A stretch of DNA of 42,231 bases from Pseudomonadota bacterium (lineage in GTDB: Bacteria > UBA10199 > 2-02-FULL-44-16 > DYJF01), in contig JBDRBB010000004.1 in NCBI GenBank assembly GCA_043823065.1, positions 1 to 42,231 on the forward strand, given 5' to 3'. Below the pieces are notes generated by a model that was not told the origin of the DNA, did no database searches, and was given only the letters and a program-made list of their open reading frames with translations. The position numbers and the translations under genes were made by a program. Positions 18,144 to 27,331 of the stretch are shown in pieces (position 1 is the stretch's first letter; each line of letters starts with the position of its first letter).

Positions 18144-19613
18144 TTAAATAAATTGCTCATATAAATTTCTATAATTTATAATCATATCTTTTCTATGATA
18201 ATATTTTTTTACGCGTTTTTGTCCTGCATCAGACATGGCATAATAAGTTTCATCGTCATTAAGTAGTTTAATCACTGCTTTAGCTGTATCTTCCGGAGCA
18301 TAAAATTTGGTGACAATTCCACTGGGACCAAGATTTCGGTCCTCTTCTGTGATTCCTTCTAAAAGTTCTCGGCAAGATCCAACGTCAGTCACAACCATAG
18401 GTATTCCACACGCCCCTGCTTCTAAAATTACCAAAGGCTGCGCTTCGCTAATACTGGTTAATAAAACTAAATCAATCATTGGATAATATTTTTTCATATC
18501 AACATGACCGGTAAAGATCACATTTTTTTCCAAACGCATCATTTTAATCAGTAAAGCGCATTCCTGGTAGTACTGAGATTCTTCTTCTTGAGGTCCAATC
18601 AGCAAGATTTGTAAGTCAGGAAATTCCTGAACAATAATTTTACAGGATTTGATCAAGGTTTTGATGTCTTTAATAGGCACAATTCTGCCAATATACGCTA
18701 TAGTGCGTCGCTTGGCCTTCTTCGGTCTATTTTTGGCAATATCGGCAAAAAGCTCAATATCCACACCATTGGGAATTATCGAAATAATATCAGGATTGGC
18801 TCCGTCTGCGATTTCATAATTTTTATTTCCTTCATACAGGGTGGTTATTTTATCCGCATAAGAATAGGTTAGTTTGCTCATCACGCCAAAATATTTCATC
18901 CACCACTGCTTAAAAAAACTAAGTTCAGGCAAAGCTTTGACAAAATCATGTTCAATTTCATATAGCCAAGATGCCTGGGCAATCTCGATCCGGCGTTCCT
19001 TGGTATAAATGCCATGTTCGGTAGCAATCATGTTACTGTTAAACTTAATCTTGGAAAGAGCCGCTAATACGCCTGCATATCCTGTGGATATTGTATGATA
19101 TAAAGGTGAAGGTGGAATAGTTGTTTTCAAAAGTTGAATAAGCGGCAAAAAAGTAAAACGATAATTCCAGAAAAAATCCAGGAAACTAATGGTTTGATCA
19201 GTTTGGTCATAGAGTTTTCTGACTGATTGCCAAAAATCCCGGGAAGCAAAGGCATAAGCCAAATCCAGTTGTTGCCGATTTTTTAAAAGCTTCATTAAAA
19301 AAATTTCCAAGTTCTCTTTGTTCTCTTCCTGAATTCCTTGATAAAACATTTCAAAAAATTCAAACAACCCCTTAATTTTTTTTGGAAACATTTTTGGTTT
19401 AAATTTATAATCATGCAAATAGATATTAATCACGCTTTGCACGTTACTGGGAAGCTGATAGCGTTCAACTCTTGTATCCTCCTGGGTGGGCATAATAGAA
19501 AGAACAGAGAACTTAATATCAGGCAAGTTGGTGATAATATCATGCACCCACGTTGAAACACCGCCTCTGACATAAGGATAAGTTCCTTCTAAAACCAAAC
19601 AGACGTCGCTCAT
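18144..19613 (-). CDS. pelF: GT4 glycosyltransferase PelF
   Basis: LEGTYPYVRGGVSTW, STGYAG, TEHGIYTKER, GRIVPIKDIKT, SISEAQPLVILEA, TDVGSCREL. Confidence 0.95.
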   Translation of the reverse strand: MSDVCLVLEGTYPYVRGGVSTWVHDIITNLPDIKFSVLSIMPTQEDTRVERYQLPSNVQSVINIYLHDYKFKPKMFPKKIKGLFEFFEMFYQGIQEENKENLEIFLMKLLKNRQQLDLAYAFASRDFWQSVRKLYDQTDQTISFLDFFWNYRFTFLPLIQLLKTTIPPSPLYHTISTGYAGVLAALSKIKFNSNMIATEHGIYTKERRIEIAQASWLYEIEHDFVKALPELSFFKQWWMKYFGVMSKLTYSYADKITTLYEGNKNYEIADGANPDIISIIPNGVDIELFADIAKNRPKKAKRRTIAYIGRIVPIKDIKTLIKSCKIIVQEFPDLQILLIGPQEEESQYYQECALLIKMMRLEKNVIFTGHVDMKKYYPMIDLVLLTSISEAQPLVILEAGACGIPMVVTDVGSCRELLEGITEEDRNLGPSGIVTKFYAPEDTAKAVIKLLNDDETYYAMSDAGQKRVKKYYHRKDMIINYRNLYEQFI

Positions 19614-21499
19614 ATTAAACCTTCCTGAACATAGGTTTTTATTACATCTTTGGCCATTTCTCCAGCTTGCGTTCCTTTTTGTTTTTCAGCCAATGATATT
19701 AGAAAAGGAACCGCAATTGGATGTTTTTGTTTTAGCAACATATCTAGGATCACAGTTCGAAGTTCTATATCTGCGATTTGAAGCATTTCGATTAATTCTT
19801 CTAACACTTTGGTTATCAGCGTTTTTGGAGCCTTTTCCACTAATTTTCTGACCAGCACTTGTTTCCATCTAAGCGAAGGGATCTCTTGCAACAACTTTTT
19901 TGCTACCACAGTTTGACCAATGTAGATGCGAATTACTTGATCGCCGATATATTCCACTCTTTCCAGATTTTCTTCTGCCGCAAATTTTTCAAAAATAATT
20001 TTAGTAAGTTTCAGATAAAAACCTGGTTTCAAATTAGAAGGTATAAAATTTAGTATTTCATAAGCCTGTTCTGGGTCGGCTTTTTTCAGAAAATCTAGGA
20101 CAAATTGATTATAGGAAATTATTAAGTAGCTCAAGGAGCGCTCAATTGCATCAATTTCAAAATCATTAGCTGTTTTTAGATAGTCATTTAATAGAAATTC
20201 AATAGATCGCAGACAAGGCGCATGTTCTAATAAATAAAAAGCAAGATAGCGTACATTGGTATTCTTATCGTGTGCCAGAATCTTGGTTACCAAATCATAT
20301 AATCTCTGGGGTTCAATTTGCATGCCACGGCGTCTGATCATATATTTAAGAATAATCTGTTTTTGAATTGGCAAAATATTACTCTGCAAAATATCCATTA
20401 TAGTTTCTCTATCTTCCAGACGCCAAGTCCTGGTGAGAGCAAGAGTGGCATTATATGACGTTAACGGATCCTTATTTATAAATTTCATTAAAACAGCAAC
20501 ATCATCGTGTTCTGAAATTAAACCCAGGGCATTTAATATAGCCTGGATAATATGAGGATCGTGAGACTCTTCTAGAACTTTTTTTAAATAACGTTTATGG
20601 TTTTCATTTTCCGAACCAAACTTGCCCAATCTAAAAAGAACTTCAGCACGCATGCGGATATCTTTTAAATTGCGCAAGTTATATATATTTTGAGCGCTTA
20701 AAATACCTTGCAACCGGTCCAAGGTTCTGCTGGCAATTAACCTAACTCGTTGACTGGGATCATGTGTGCACATATTGATTAAGGGTATTAAATTGTGTTT
20801 ACTTGGTATTCGGCCCAGATATTCTGTCAAAATCAATTTGGTGTTTGGGTTATTTTCCTGATTGATGGCCAGTTGAATGTATTTAGCGCTTTGGGGAGCT
20901 TTTCTTAAAGCAATGGCAAAGGCAGACTCTAGTTTTATTTCTTTGTCATCTTGCATTAAAAAAGGTGCAAAAACTTTCCAGGAAACTAGATCTATCCATC
21001 TGGATAAGATTTTAAGGCAAAGCAGGAGTAAATTTCTATTAGTCGTGGTTTTTAAGTTGCGCTTAACGATTTGCGCCCCAAGATAGCCATTAATTTCTCC
21101 TAAAGCTATAATCACGCGCTCTGTAAGTTCTATATTCTCTGGCTTGAGAACAGCATTCAAGTAAGGGATGGCTAATTGCTCTTTGGCAATACCCATTAGC
21201 TCTATTGCTTTATAAACAATTTCTGTATTTGAAGATTCTAGTTGTTTGATTAAAAAATTTACCTTAGCTATTTTATCGTGAAAACCAAGGATCCTTTTAA
21301 TTTCACGTTGAACTTCCTGTTCGCCGTCCAAATACATTAAAAACCATTTAGCAATACCCTCTTCATCTGTGCGCTCATTAAGTGTCTGTATTTCATAAAA
21401 TCTATCGCTTAACGGAGTCTGCGCAATATGCTCCTCAAATGCAGATAAAGACTGAATTAGTTCAGGGTTTTCCGAAATAATCTGTTTATAATATTCCAT
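19610..21499 (-). CDS. Soluble HEAT/ARM-repeat protein inside the pel operon
   Basis: Repeated helical units (AIPYLNAVL...VIIALGEI; DPSQRVRLIASRTL; MRAEVLFRLGKFG). No signal peptide or TM seen. Stop overlaps the pelF start. Confidence 0.75.
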   Translation of the reverse strand: MEYYKQIISENPELIQSLSAFEEHIAQTPLSDRFYEIQTLNERTDEEGIAKWFLMYLDGEQEVQREIKRILGFHDKIAKVNFLIKQLESSNTEIVYKAIELMGIAKEQLAIPYLNAVLKPENIELTERVIIALGEINGYLGAQIVKRNLKTTTNRNLLLLCLKILSRWIDLVSWKVFAPFLMQDDKEIKLESAFAIALRKAPQSAKYIQLAINQENNPNTKLILTEYLGRIPSKHNLIPLINMCTHDPSQRVRLIASRTLDRLQGILSAQNIYNLRNLKDIRMRAEVLFRLGKFGSENENHKRYLKKVLEESHDPHIIQAILNALGLISEHDDVAVLMKFINKDPLTSYNATLALTRTWRLEDRETIMDILQSNILPIQKQIILKYMIRRRGMQIEPQRLYDLVTKILAHDKNTNVRYLAFYLLEHAPCLRSIEFLLNDYLKTANDFEIDAIERSLSYLIISYNQFVLDFLKKADPEQAYEILNFIPSNLKPGFYLKLTKIIFEKFAAEENLERVEYIGDQVIRIYIGQTVVAKKLLQEIPSLRWKQVLVRKLVEKAPKTLITKVLEELIEMLQIADIELRTVILDMLLKQKHPIAVPFLISLAEKQKGTQAGEMAKDVIKTYVQEGLI

Positions 21500-21502
21500 A
21501 CT

Positions 21503-22546
21503 TTAAGTCCAAAAACTGACCACTTCCCTCTCGAAATCTCCGCTGCCTTCTTTAAATCTTTTTTGCGTTCTACTGGACAATTCAGCAAAATCTTTTTTAG
21601 CAAAAAGAACTTCCCAGAGTTGCTCATTATAGACTGAATTATGCGGTTCAACTGATAAACATTTTTCAATTTCTTTTTGGGCAGCATCTAAATTATCAAT
21701 GGACAAAAGAATTTTGGATTTAAGGAAATTTATTTTAATATCAGTTACAGTTTTATCAAGCATGGCCAATGCTTCAGTATAATAATATTTTTTACCGATT
21801 TCATCTAAAAGACCGCTTTCAGCATAGGCTACATATAATTTGGCTAAATCCTGAGCTAGCATTTGGTCGTGCGGATTTTCTTCAAATAAACTAGTTTTTC
21901 CCTTAATGGCTATGGCAAATTCATCCTCGATTTTGCCCAAAATTCCAGCGGCAAATAATCTCACTTCAATATCTTCATCCAAAAGAGCTACTTTAAGAGT
22001 CTGCACCGCCTTGTAGGTTCTGATATTGCTTAAAATCATGACCGCGCTTTTTTTGAGCTCAGAATGCCCTCGCTGAAAGATATCTATAAACGGTTCAATA
22101 TCCAGGCGATCCAGAATTTCCAGTTGCTTTAATCGCAGTTTTTTACGACCAAAAACCGCTGCTTCCTGAACTGAAATTTCATCAGTGATAATGGGCGGCG
22201 GACGAGTTTTCTGCAACCTTTGAAATATATATATTGTAAATACGCTGACTAGACCGGCAATAGGCATGGCCAAACAAGATATTAAAGCATAAATCCACCA
22301 GAGATTGTTTTTTTGGGAAAGGACAATAAATTTTTTCGTCAAAAAATACATACCAGAGGCAAACAGCACAGAGCTCAAGATATGATAAAAGAAAAATTTA
22401 AATAGATGATAGCTTTCCTGGTCAACTAAAATAAAAAAAAACGGGATAAGACATAAAAAGGCCAGCGGGATCGCGATATAAGCGTAAAAGCGACTGATAA
22501 ATTTTAAAACAAGTTTCAGGCGTTTTTCCCACTTTAATTTATTCAT
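21503..22546 (-). CDS. pelE: PelE-like membrane protein (TMs + HEAT + TPR)
   Basis: Three N-terminal hydrophobic segments, LKVALLDEDIEVRLFA HEAT motif, LYVAYAESGLLD, C-terminal TPR; lies between pelD and pelF. Confidence 0.75.
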   Translation of the reverse strand: MNKLKWEKRLKLVLKFISRFYAYIAIPLAFLCLIPFFFILVDQESYHLFKFFFYHILSSVLFASGMYFLTKKFIVLSQKNNLWWIYALISCLAMPIAGLVSVFTIYIFQRLQKTRPPPIITDEISVQEAAVFGRKKLRLKQLEILDRLDIEPFIDIFQRGHSELKKSAVMILSNIRTYKAVQTLKVALLDEDIEVRLFAAGILGKIEDEFAIAIKGKTSLFEENPHDQMLAQDLAKLYVAYAESGLLDEIGKKYYYTEALAMLDKTVTDIKINFLKSKILLSIDNLDAAQKEIEKCLSVEPHNSVYNEQLWEVLFAKKDFAELSSRTQKRFKEGSGDFEREVVSFWT

Positions 22547-22551
22547 TATAA

Positions 22552-23952
22552 TTATAATCCTATGACTTTTAACATATCTATAGAATTGTGGATAATATTG
22601 GGTTTAAAATCTGATATTTCTATGGTTTGCTCCAAGGGCTGTTCAGCCAGCATATTTTCTAGTTTATAATCTTTTATTTGATTGATGATTTTCTCTTTTA
22701 ATTTGTTTGCCTGCATTCCTGAGGTAGTTGCCAAAAGCAACAAAAGAGGCACATCAGCAATGGGACCTGTTGCTAAAACGTCAAAAGAACGCAAGCTGGA
22801 TTTGAGCAGAGAAATAATAGAATCAATAATTGCCGCATATCTCTCATCTTTAATCTTGCCTAGTTTAGGCCATTTGAAAGCCATAATAGATAAAGGCAGC
22901 ATATAATTTAAGGAACGGGTAAATTCCTCATCTAGTCTGCTTAAAAAATAGTGATATTTATATAGATCCCTACCCTCTTCTTTAATCTGTTTTTCTTTCA
23001 TTCTTTGAAAAGTTAGCGCATTATTTAAAGAAGATGCAGCCAGCTCACAGGTAATTTTGGCAGCTTGAATAGTGGAATCAGTAAGTTTTAAAAGAGGAAT
23101 TTTTTCAATACTGGCAACTCCATACACTCTTTTTTCCAAACCCAGAACTGGCACAGCCAAAGCAGAATCAGCCATTATTTTGGTTTGCTCAACGTCAAAT
23201 TTTCGCTTATGCAAAACCACATCTTTAATGCTGAGTGTTTCTTTAAGTTGAGCAGCCAGACCAAGCAAACCAATCCCTACTTCATAGGATTGGGGCCGGC
23301 GATAATAGAGCTTCCAGCCAATAGAATGCTTTAGAATCAACAAGTTTCCCTGGAGTTCGTAAAAAGAACATTCTTCTGCCCCTAAATAATCTCTAAAACT
23401 TTCCAAAACTCCTGTATAAATTTCGTTTATATCAATTGATTTTAACTTTTTACTAATATCATTGAGCATGGTTATTGTATCTTGGCTGGTGGCAATATCT
23501 ATGGTGAGTTCTTTATGAGCTGCTTTAACAATTTCATTTTCTTTTTTTAATTTATCGTTTTGATTTTCCAGTTCTTCCACTCTATTGGTTAAATAATCTT
23601 CTCTAAGAATAAAGGTTGTTTTAACTTCACCTATAATAAACCCAACTTGAATAAACAAAAACGGATGCAACAATATCCAGGGAGTGTCGTAAAAAAACCC
23701 AAACCCGTAAAAATAAGCGTAATGAGCGATGAAAATTAGTGAAGTTGCTACGCTAGAAAAAATAGCCCCATGGCGTCCATAACGAGCAGCAATGGCCAGA
23801 ACAACTATCCAATAGGGATTTGGATTAATTCCTTCAAACGCGGGTTTATCTGGCAAAAATAGCAAATTAGTGCCAAATAAAACCATGATCATTATCACGG
23901 TTTCGATAAAATAAAGCTTGGTGCGTTGAATTTTAACTAAACGATCATACAT
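22552..23952 (-). CDS. pelD: PelD-like c-di-GMP receptor (4 TM, coiled coil, GAF, degenerate GGDEF)
   Basis: NPYWIVVLAIAARYG membrane domain, coiled coil, GAF-like region. GGDEF-fold C-terminus has an RxxD I-site (RSFD) but no GGDEF motif. Confidence 0.82.
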   Translation of the reverse strand: MYDRLVKIQRTKLYFIETVIMIMVLFGTNLLFLPDKPAFEGINPNPYWIVVLAIAARYGRHGAIFSSVATSLIFIAHYAYFYGFGFFYDTPWILLHPFLFIQVGFIIGEVKTTFILREDYLTNRVEELENQNDKLKKENEIVKAAHKELTIDIATSQDTITMLNDISKKLKSIDINEIYTGVLESFRDYLGAEECSFYELQGNLLILKHSIGWKLYYRRPQSYEVGIGLLGLAAQLKETLSIKDVVLHKRKFDVEQTKIMADSALAVPVLGLEKRVYGVASIEKIPLLKLTDSTIQAAKITCELAASSLNNALTFQRMKEKQIKEEGRDLYKYHYFLSRLDEEFTRSLNYMLPLSIMAFKWPKLGKIKDERYAAIIDSIISLLKSSLRSFDVLATGPIADVPLLLLLATTSGMQANKLKEKIINQIKDYKLENMLAEQPLEQTIEISDFKPNIIHNSIDMLKVIGL

Positions 23953-23954
23953 AT

Positions 23955-24335
23955 TTATTCAGCCACAATTTCTCGAACCTTTTCTAAAAGACGATGAGGC
24001 TCAAATGGTTTAGAAATTACTTGGGCATTCATTTGTTTCAAAAAGTTTGTTTCTTCTGTGGAAAGTTGGCGACTGCTTAAAATTAAAATCGGCAATTGTT
24101 TTAAAGTTTCCTCTTCGCGGATTCTTTTAATAACCTCGAAACCGTCAATCTTAGGCATCATTAAATCTAAGATTAACAAACAATATTTATTATTAAGCAA
24201 TTCTGAAACAGCCTGAGTAGAGTCTGATAAAATACCAACTTCAAAACCATTGCTGGATAACACAAATTCAACAACATAAGTAATATCTGGTTCATCATCA
24301 ATATGCAGTATTTTTTTACAAATTTCGTCAGCCAT
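23955..24335 (-). CDS. Single-domain response regulator (receiver)
   Basis: IDDE, LILDLMMPKIDG (phosphoacceptor Asp), LSS, KPF; SD AGGAGAG. Confidence 0.92.
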   Translation of the reverse strand: MADEICKKILHIDDEPDITYVVEFVLSSNGFEVGILSDSTQAVSELLNNKYCLLILDLMMPKIDGFEVIKRIREEETLKQLPILILSSRQLSTEETNFLKQMNAQVISKPFEPHRLLEKVREIVAE

Positions 24336-24346
24336 ATTCTCTCCTC

Positions 24347-27244
24347 CTAAAATCGGTATAGAAACTCCACGTTAAAATAGTGATAGCGGCCGACATTAGC
24401 AGCCAGACTTTCACTGGAATATTCATAGTGCCCAGCAACTTCCATACGACGATTTATTTTTACCCTATTTGTAATATTAAATCCATAGAGATCAAAATCA
24501 GTAAAATCAAGGTCTCGTTTAGAATCATTGCCCCAGAACGCATAAAAATCTGTAATAACCCATTTACCCCATTCATAATAAATACCTAAAATTAAATCAT
24601 GGCGCAAAGATTCTGGTATTAAAGGAATTAAAGCTAAATAATCATTTACAATATGCAGTTTACTATAACTGAAATCATAACCCAATCTAATTTGAGGTTT
24701 GTTTAAAATTATATAGCTTACCCCAGCTTCAGCTACGTCTTCCCGGCCAAATTCATCGCCAAAATCAACGCCAGTCTTGGAACTATTAACCCTATACCAA
24801 TTGCTTTCATATCCAGTGTGAAAAAACAAACGCTCAATAAAAAGCTGTTCATAAGCAACGCGCAGACGGTTAGTTCTGCCGTCAAAGTAAAGACCTTCCA
24901 CTGGATCATCTAAGATTTTGTTAAAAATAAAATCCAAATTAAATTTTCCATAACGCGGATCATCCCACTGGGCCAGCACATATGGGGCTGGAACATAACT
25001 TGTACCAACTAATTGATTGGAAAGCCCGCCTCCCAAAGTAACAGTATAATAAGGCTTATATTTTACCCCAGCATTAACAATGTTGGTATAAGCAACATAG
25101 TTGGGATCAAAATTGGCAATATCAGCTGTGCTGCGGGAAAAATTATAATCTGCTTCAACAAACCATTTTGCGTTAATGGGATGAAAGTAACGAGCATATG
25201 GACCATAATAATATTCACTACCTAATTTAGTAAAACCAAAACCCACTAATACTTGAGGGCGATAACGGGCAAACAAATCATCATAGGTGCGTTGAATATA
25301 TAGATTTTCTGGATAGATTTTTTGCAATTTTTCCAGCAAAGGCATGGCCTCCACCCAATCACCCTGGGCATAATATACCTCTGCCAAGGACAACTCCACT
25401 CTTGGGTCTTCTGGATAATCCTGTCTTAAAGACAAAGCTTCTTGCTCAGCCTTGGGATAGTTATATTGCGTTAAATAAATACGGATAAAATTGCTGCGTA
25501 GTCCATAATTATCTGAATAATTCTTGCGATAATCATTGGCAACTTTTTCAGCTAAACTTAAACGATTGGTATCAATTAAGGTGTCTATGTAAGCGTTGCC
25601 AACTGTGATATTATTGGGCGTGTTTTTTTCCAGTTCAGCAAACAGATTGTCTGAAGTTTTTATATCTCCCACTAACGCATACATTCTGGCTTTGGCTATA
25701 TCTACTGTCAAATCTGGTGGGGCCTTATCAATTAAAGCTAGCGCTTTTTTGAAAGATTGACGAGCTTTGTGCTTACTATCAAAATCAAAATAAATTTCAC
25801 CTAGTTGATAATGGGCATAATAATCATCTGGGGCCAAGGCTGCATATTTTTCGTAATTTTCAATTGCTTCTTGATGATTATTCTTAGCCAAGTTTATATC
25901 TCCCAAATAGCGATATAAACTAGGATCTTGATAATCCATGGCCAGCAGTTCATTAAAGATTTCTTCAGCCTTGCCAATTTCACCAATCCAGAGATAGCGC
26001 TCTCCAAGATCCAACATGAATTTAGGATCTTTATTATATTCCACCAGTTTTTCCATGATGGGTATTGCCCGGCCAGGACTTTCTTCTTGATCATAAATGC
26101 TAATGAGCATGAGCGCATAATCAACATCACTGGGATGAATTTCAATTAAATTGCTTAAAACATCTTTGACTACTGAATAGTTGCCGGCATCATATAGAAT
26201 CCAGGCCATTTCTTTTGATTTAGCAAACCCCCGAGGATTTCTGCGAAATTCAGCAAGATAATATGGCAGAACCTTATCTGTCATATCATTCCACTCATAA
26301 AGCTGAATTAAATTATCACGATAATAAATATTTTCAGGATCTTCCTGAAGCCTTTGTTCAAGAAAAGTAATTGCGCCTTTATGTTGTTCTGTGCCCAAGA
26401 ACCAATCAATATATTTTTCTTCAAGCTCTGAGTTAGCAGGAAATCTGGCTAACATTTTTTCAAAAGCAGTATTAGCCCCTTCATAATCTTTTTCTTTGGT
26501 TTGAAAATCTATTAACTCATCCCAGGCTTCAAGATTATTGGGATTGTCATCAATATTTTTGGCCAGAATTCTTTCTATATTGGTTTTCTTGCCACTAATA
26601 GCAGCTAGGCTGGTATATTTATCTAAAGCCTCCCGATTGTGACTGTCCACTTTCAAGATTTTTTCCAACAGAGCTATGGTTGTATCTAGATCTCCGGTTT
26701 TTTCAAAAAGTTGCATTAAATGACCATCTATATTATTTACATCTTCCGGATTCTTACCCAGTTTGCGACGCTTTTTTAAGACATCGATTGCTTCTTTATA
26801 TTGTTGGTCTGTAAGATAGTAGGAATACAAATCTATTAGCAAATCGCGACCATCATCGTCTTTAAAATCTTTTTTATTGATTGTGCGAAATTCATACCAT
26901 TTTTCGCTAACTTTCTTGGCATTTCTAGGATCATCATTCCAGACAAAAAAACGCTTTGCTTCCTTATAATTTTCATCACTAGGATTTAGATCGATCAGTT
27001 TATCAAATAACTTTGCTGCTTCTCTGGTTTTGCCAGCAGCTTCCAAAGCTATAGCCAGCTCTTTTATGGTTCGGTGATCATCTGGATTTTCTTTAAGCAC
27101 TTCGTTAAAAGTGGCAATAGCTTCTTCAAGCTCGCCGCTTTTGGCCAACATCTTGCCCTGTCTTGCTCTGGTTGGATGCAAGAGAATTGCCGCTGCCAGC
27201 AGAGCCAGCACAAATACGATAATGTACCAGGATTTGAAACCCAT
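24347..27244 (-). CDS. pelB: PelB-like TPR protein with C-terminal outer-membrane beta-barrel
   Basis: N-terminal hydrophobic segment, about 630 aa of TPR-like helices, aromatic beta-strand C-terminal third ending in FLYRF; pel context. Confidence 0.75.
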   Translation of the reverse strand: MGFKSWYIIVFVLALLAAAILLHPTRARQGKMLAKSGELEEAIATFNEVLKENPDDHRTIKELAIALEAAGKTREAAKLFDKLIDLNPSDENYKEAKRFFVWNDDPRNAKKVSEKWYEFRTINKKDFKDDDGRDLLIDLYSYYLTDQQYKEAIDVLKKRRKLGKNPEDVNNIDGHLMQLFEKTGDLDTTIALLEKILKVDSHNREALDKYTSLAAISGKKTNIERILAKNIDDNPNNLEAWDELIDFQTKEKDYEGANTAFEKMLARFPANSELEEKYIDWFLGTEQHKGAITFLEQRLQEDPENIYYRDNLIQLYEWNDMTDKVLPYYLAEFRRNPRGFAKSKEMAWILYDAGNYSVVKDVLSNLIEIHPSDVDYALMLISIYDQEESPGRAIPIMEKLVEYNKDPKFMLDLGERYLWIGEIGKAEEIFNELLAMDYQDPSLYRYLGDINLAKNNHQEAIENYEKYAALAPDDYYAHYQLGEIYFDFDSKHKARQSFKKALALIDKAPPDLTVDIAKARMYALVGDIKTSDNLFAELEKNTPNNITVGNAYIDTLIDTNRLSLAEKVANDYRKNYSDNYGLRSNFIRIYLTQYNYPKAEQEALSLRQDYPEDPRVELSLAEVYYAQGDWVEAMPLLEKLQKIYPENLYIQRTYDDLFARYRPQVLVGFGFTKLGSEYYYGPYARYFHPINAKWFVEADYNFSRSTADIANFDPNYVAYTNIVNAGVKYKPYYTVTLGGGLSNQLVGTSYVPAPYVLAQWDDPRYGKFNLDFIFNKILDDPVEGLYFDGRTNRLRVAYEQLFIERLFFHTGYESNWYRVNSSKTGVDFGDEFGREDVAEAGVSYIILNKPQIRLGYDFSYSKLHIVNDYLALIPLIPESLRHDLILGIYYEWGKWVITDFYAFWGNDSKRDLDFTDFDLYGFNITNRVKINRRMEVAGHYEYSSESLAANVGRYHYFNVEFLYRF

Positions 27245-27253
27245 GCTTATAAT

Positions 27254-27321
27254 GTCATCCCCGCGAAAGCGGGGATCCCCAAGTTAGAAAACGTTTGGAT
27301 TCCCGCTTGCGCGGGAATGAC
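27254..27321. repeat. Family A palindromic element between the pelA deacetylase gene and pelB
   Basis: GTCATCCCCGCGAAAGCGGGGATCC...GGATTCCCGCTTGCGCGGGAATGAC. Confidence 0.9.
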
Positions 27322-27331
27322 AATTACTTTA

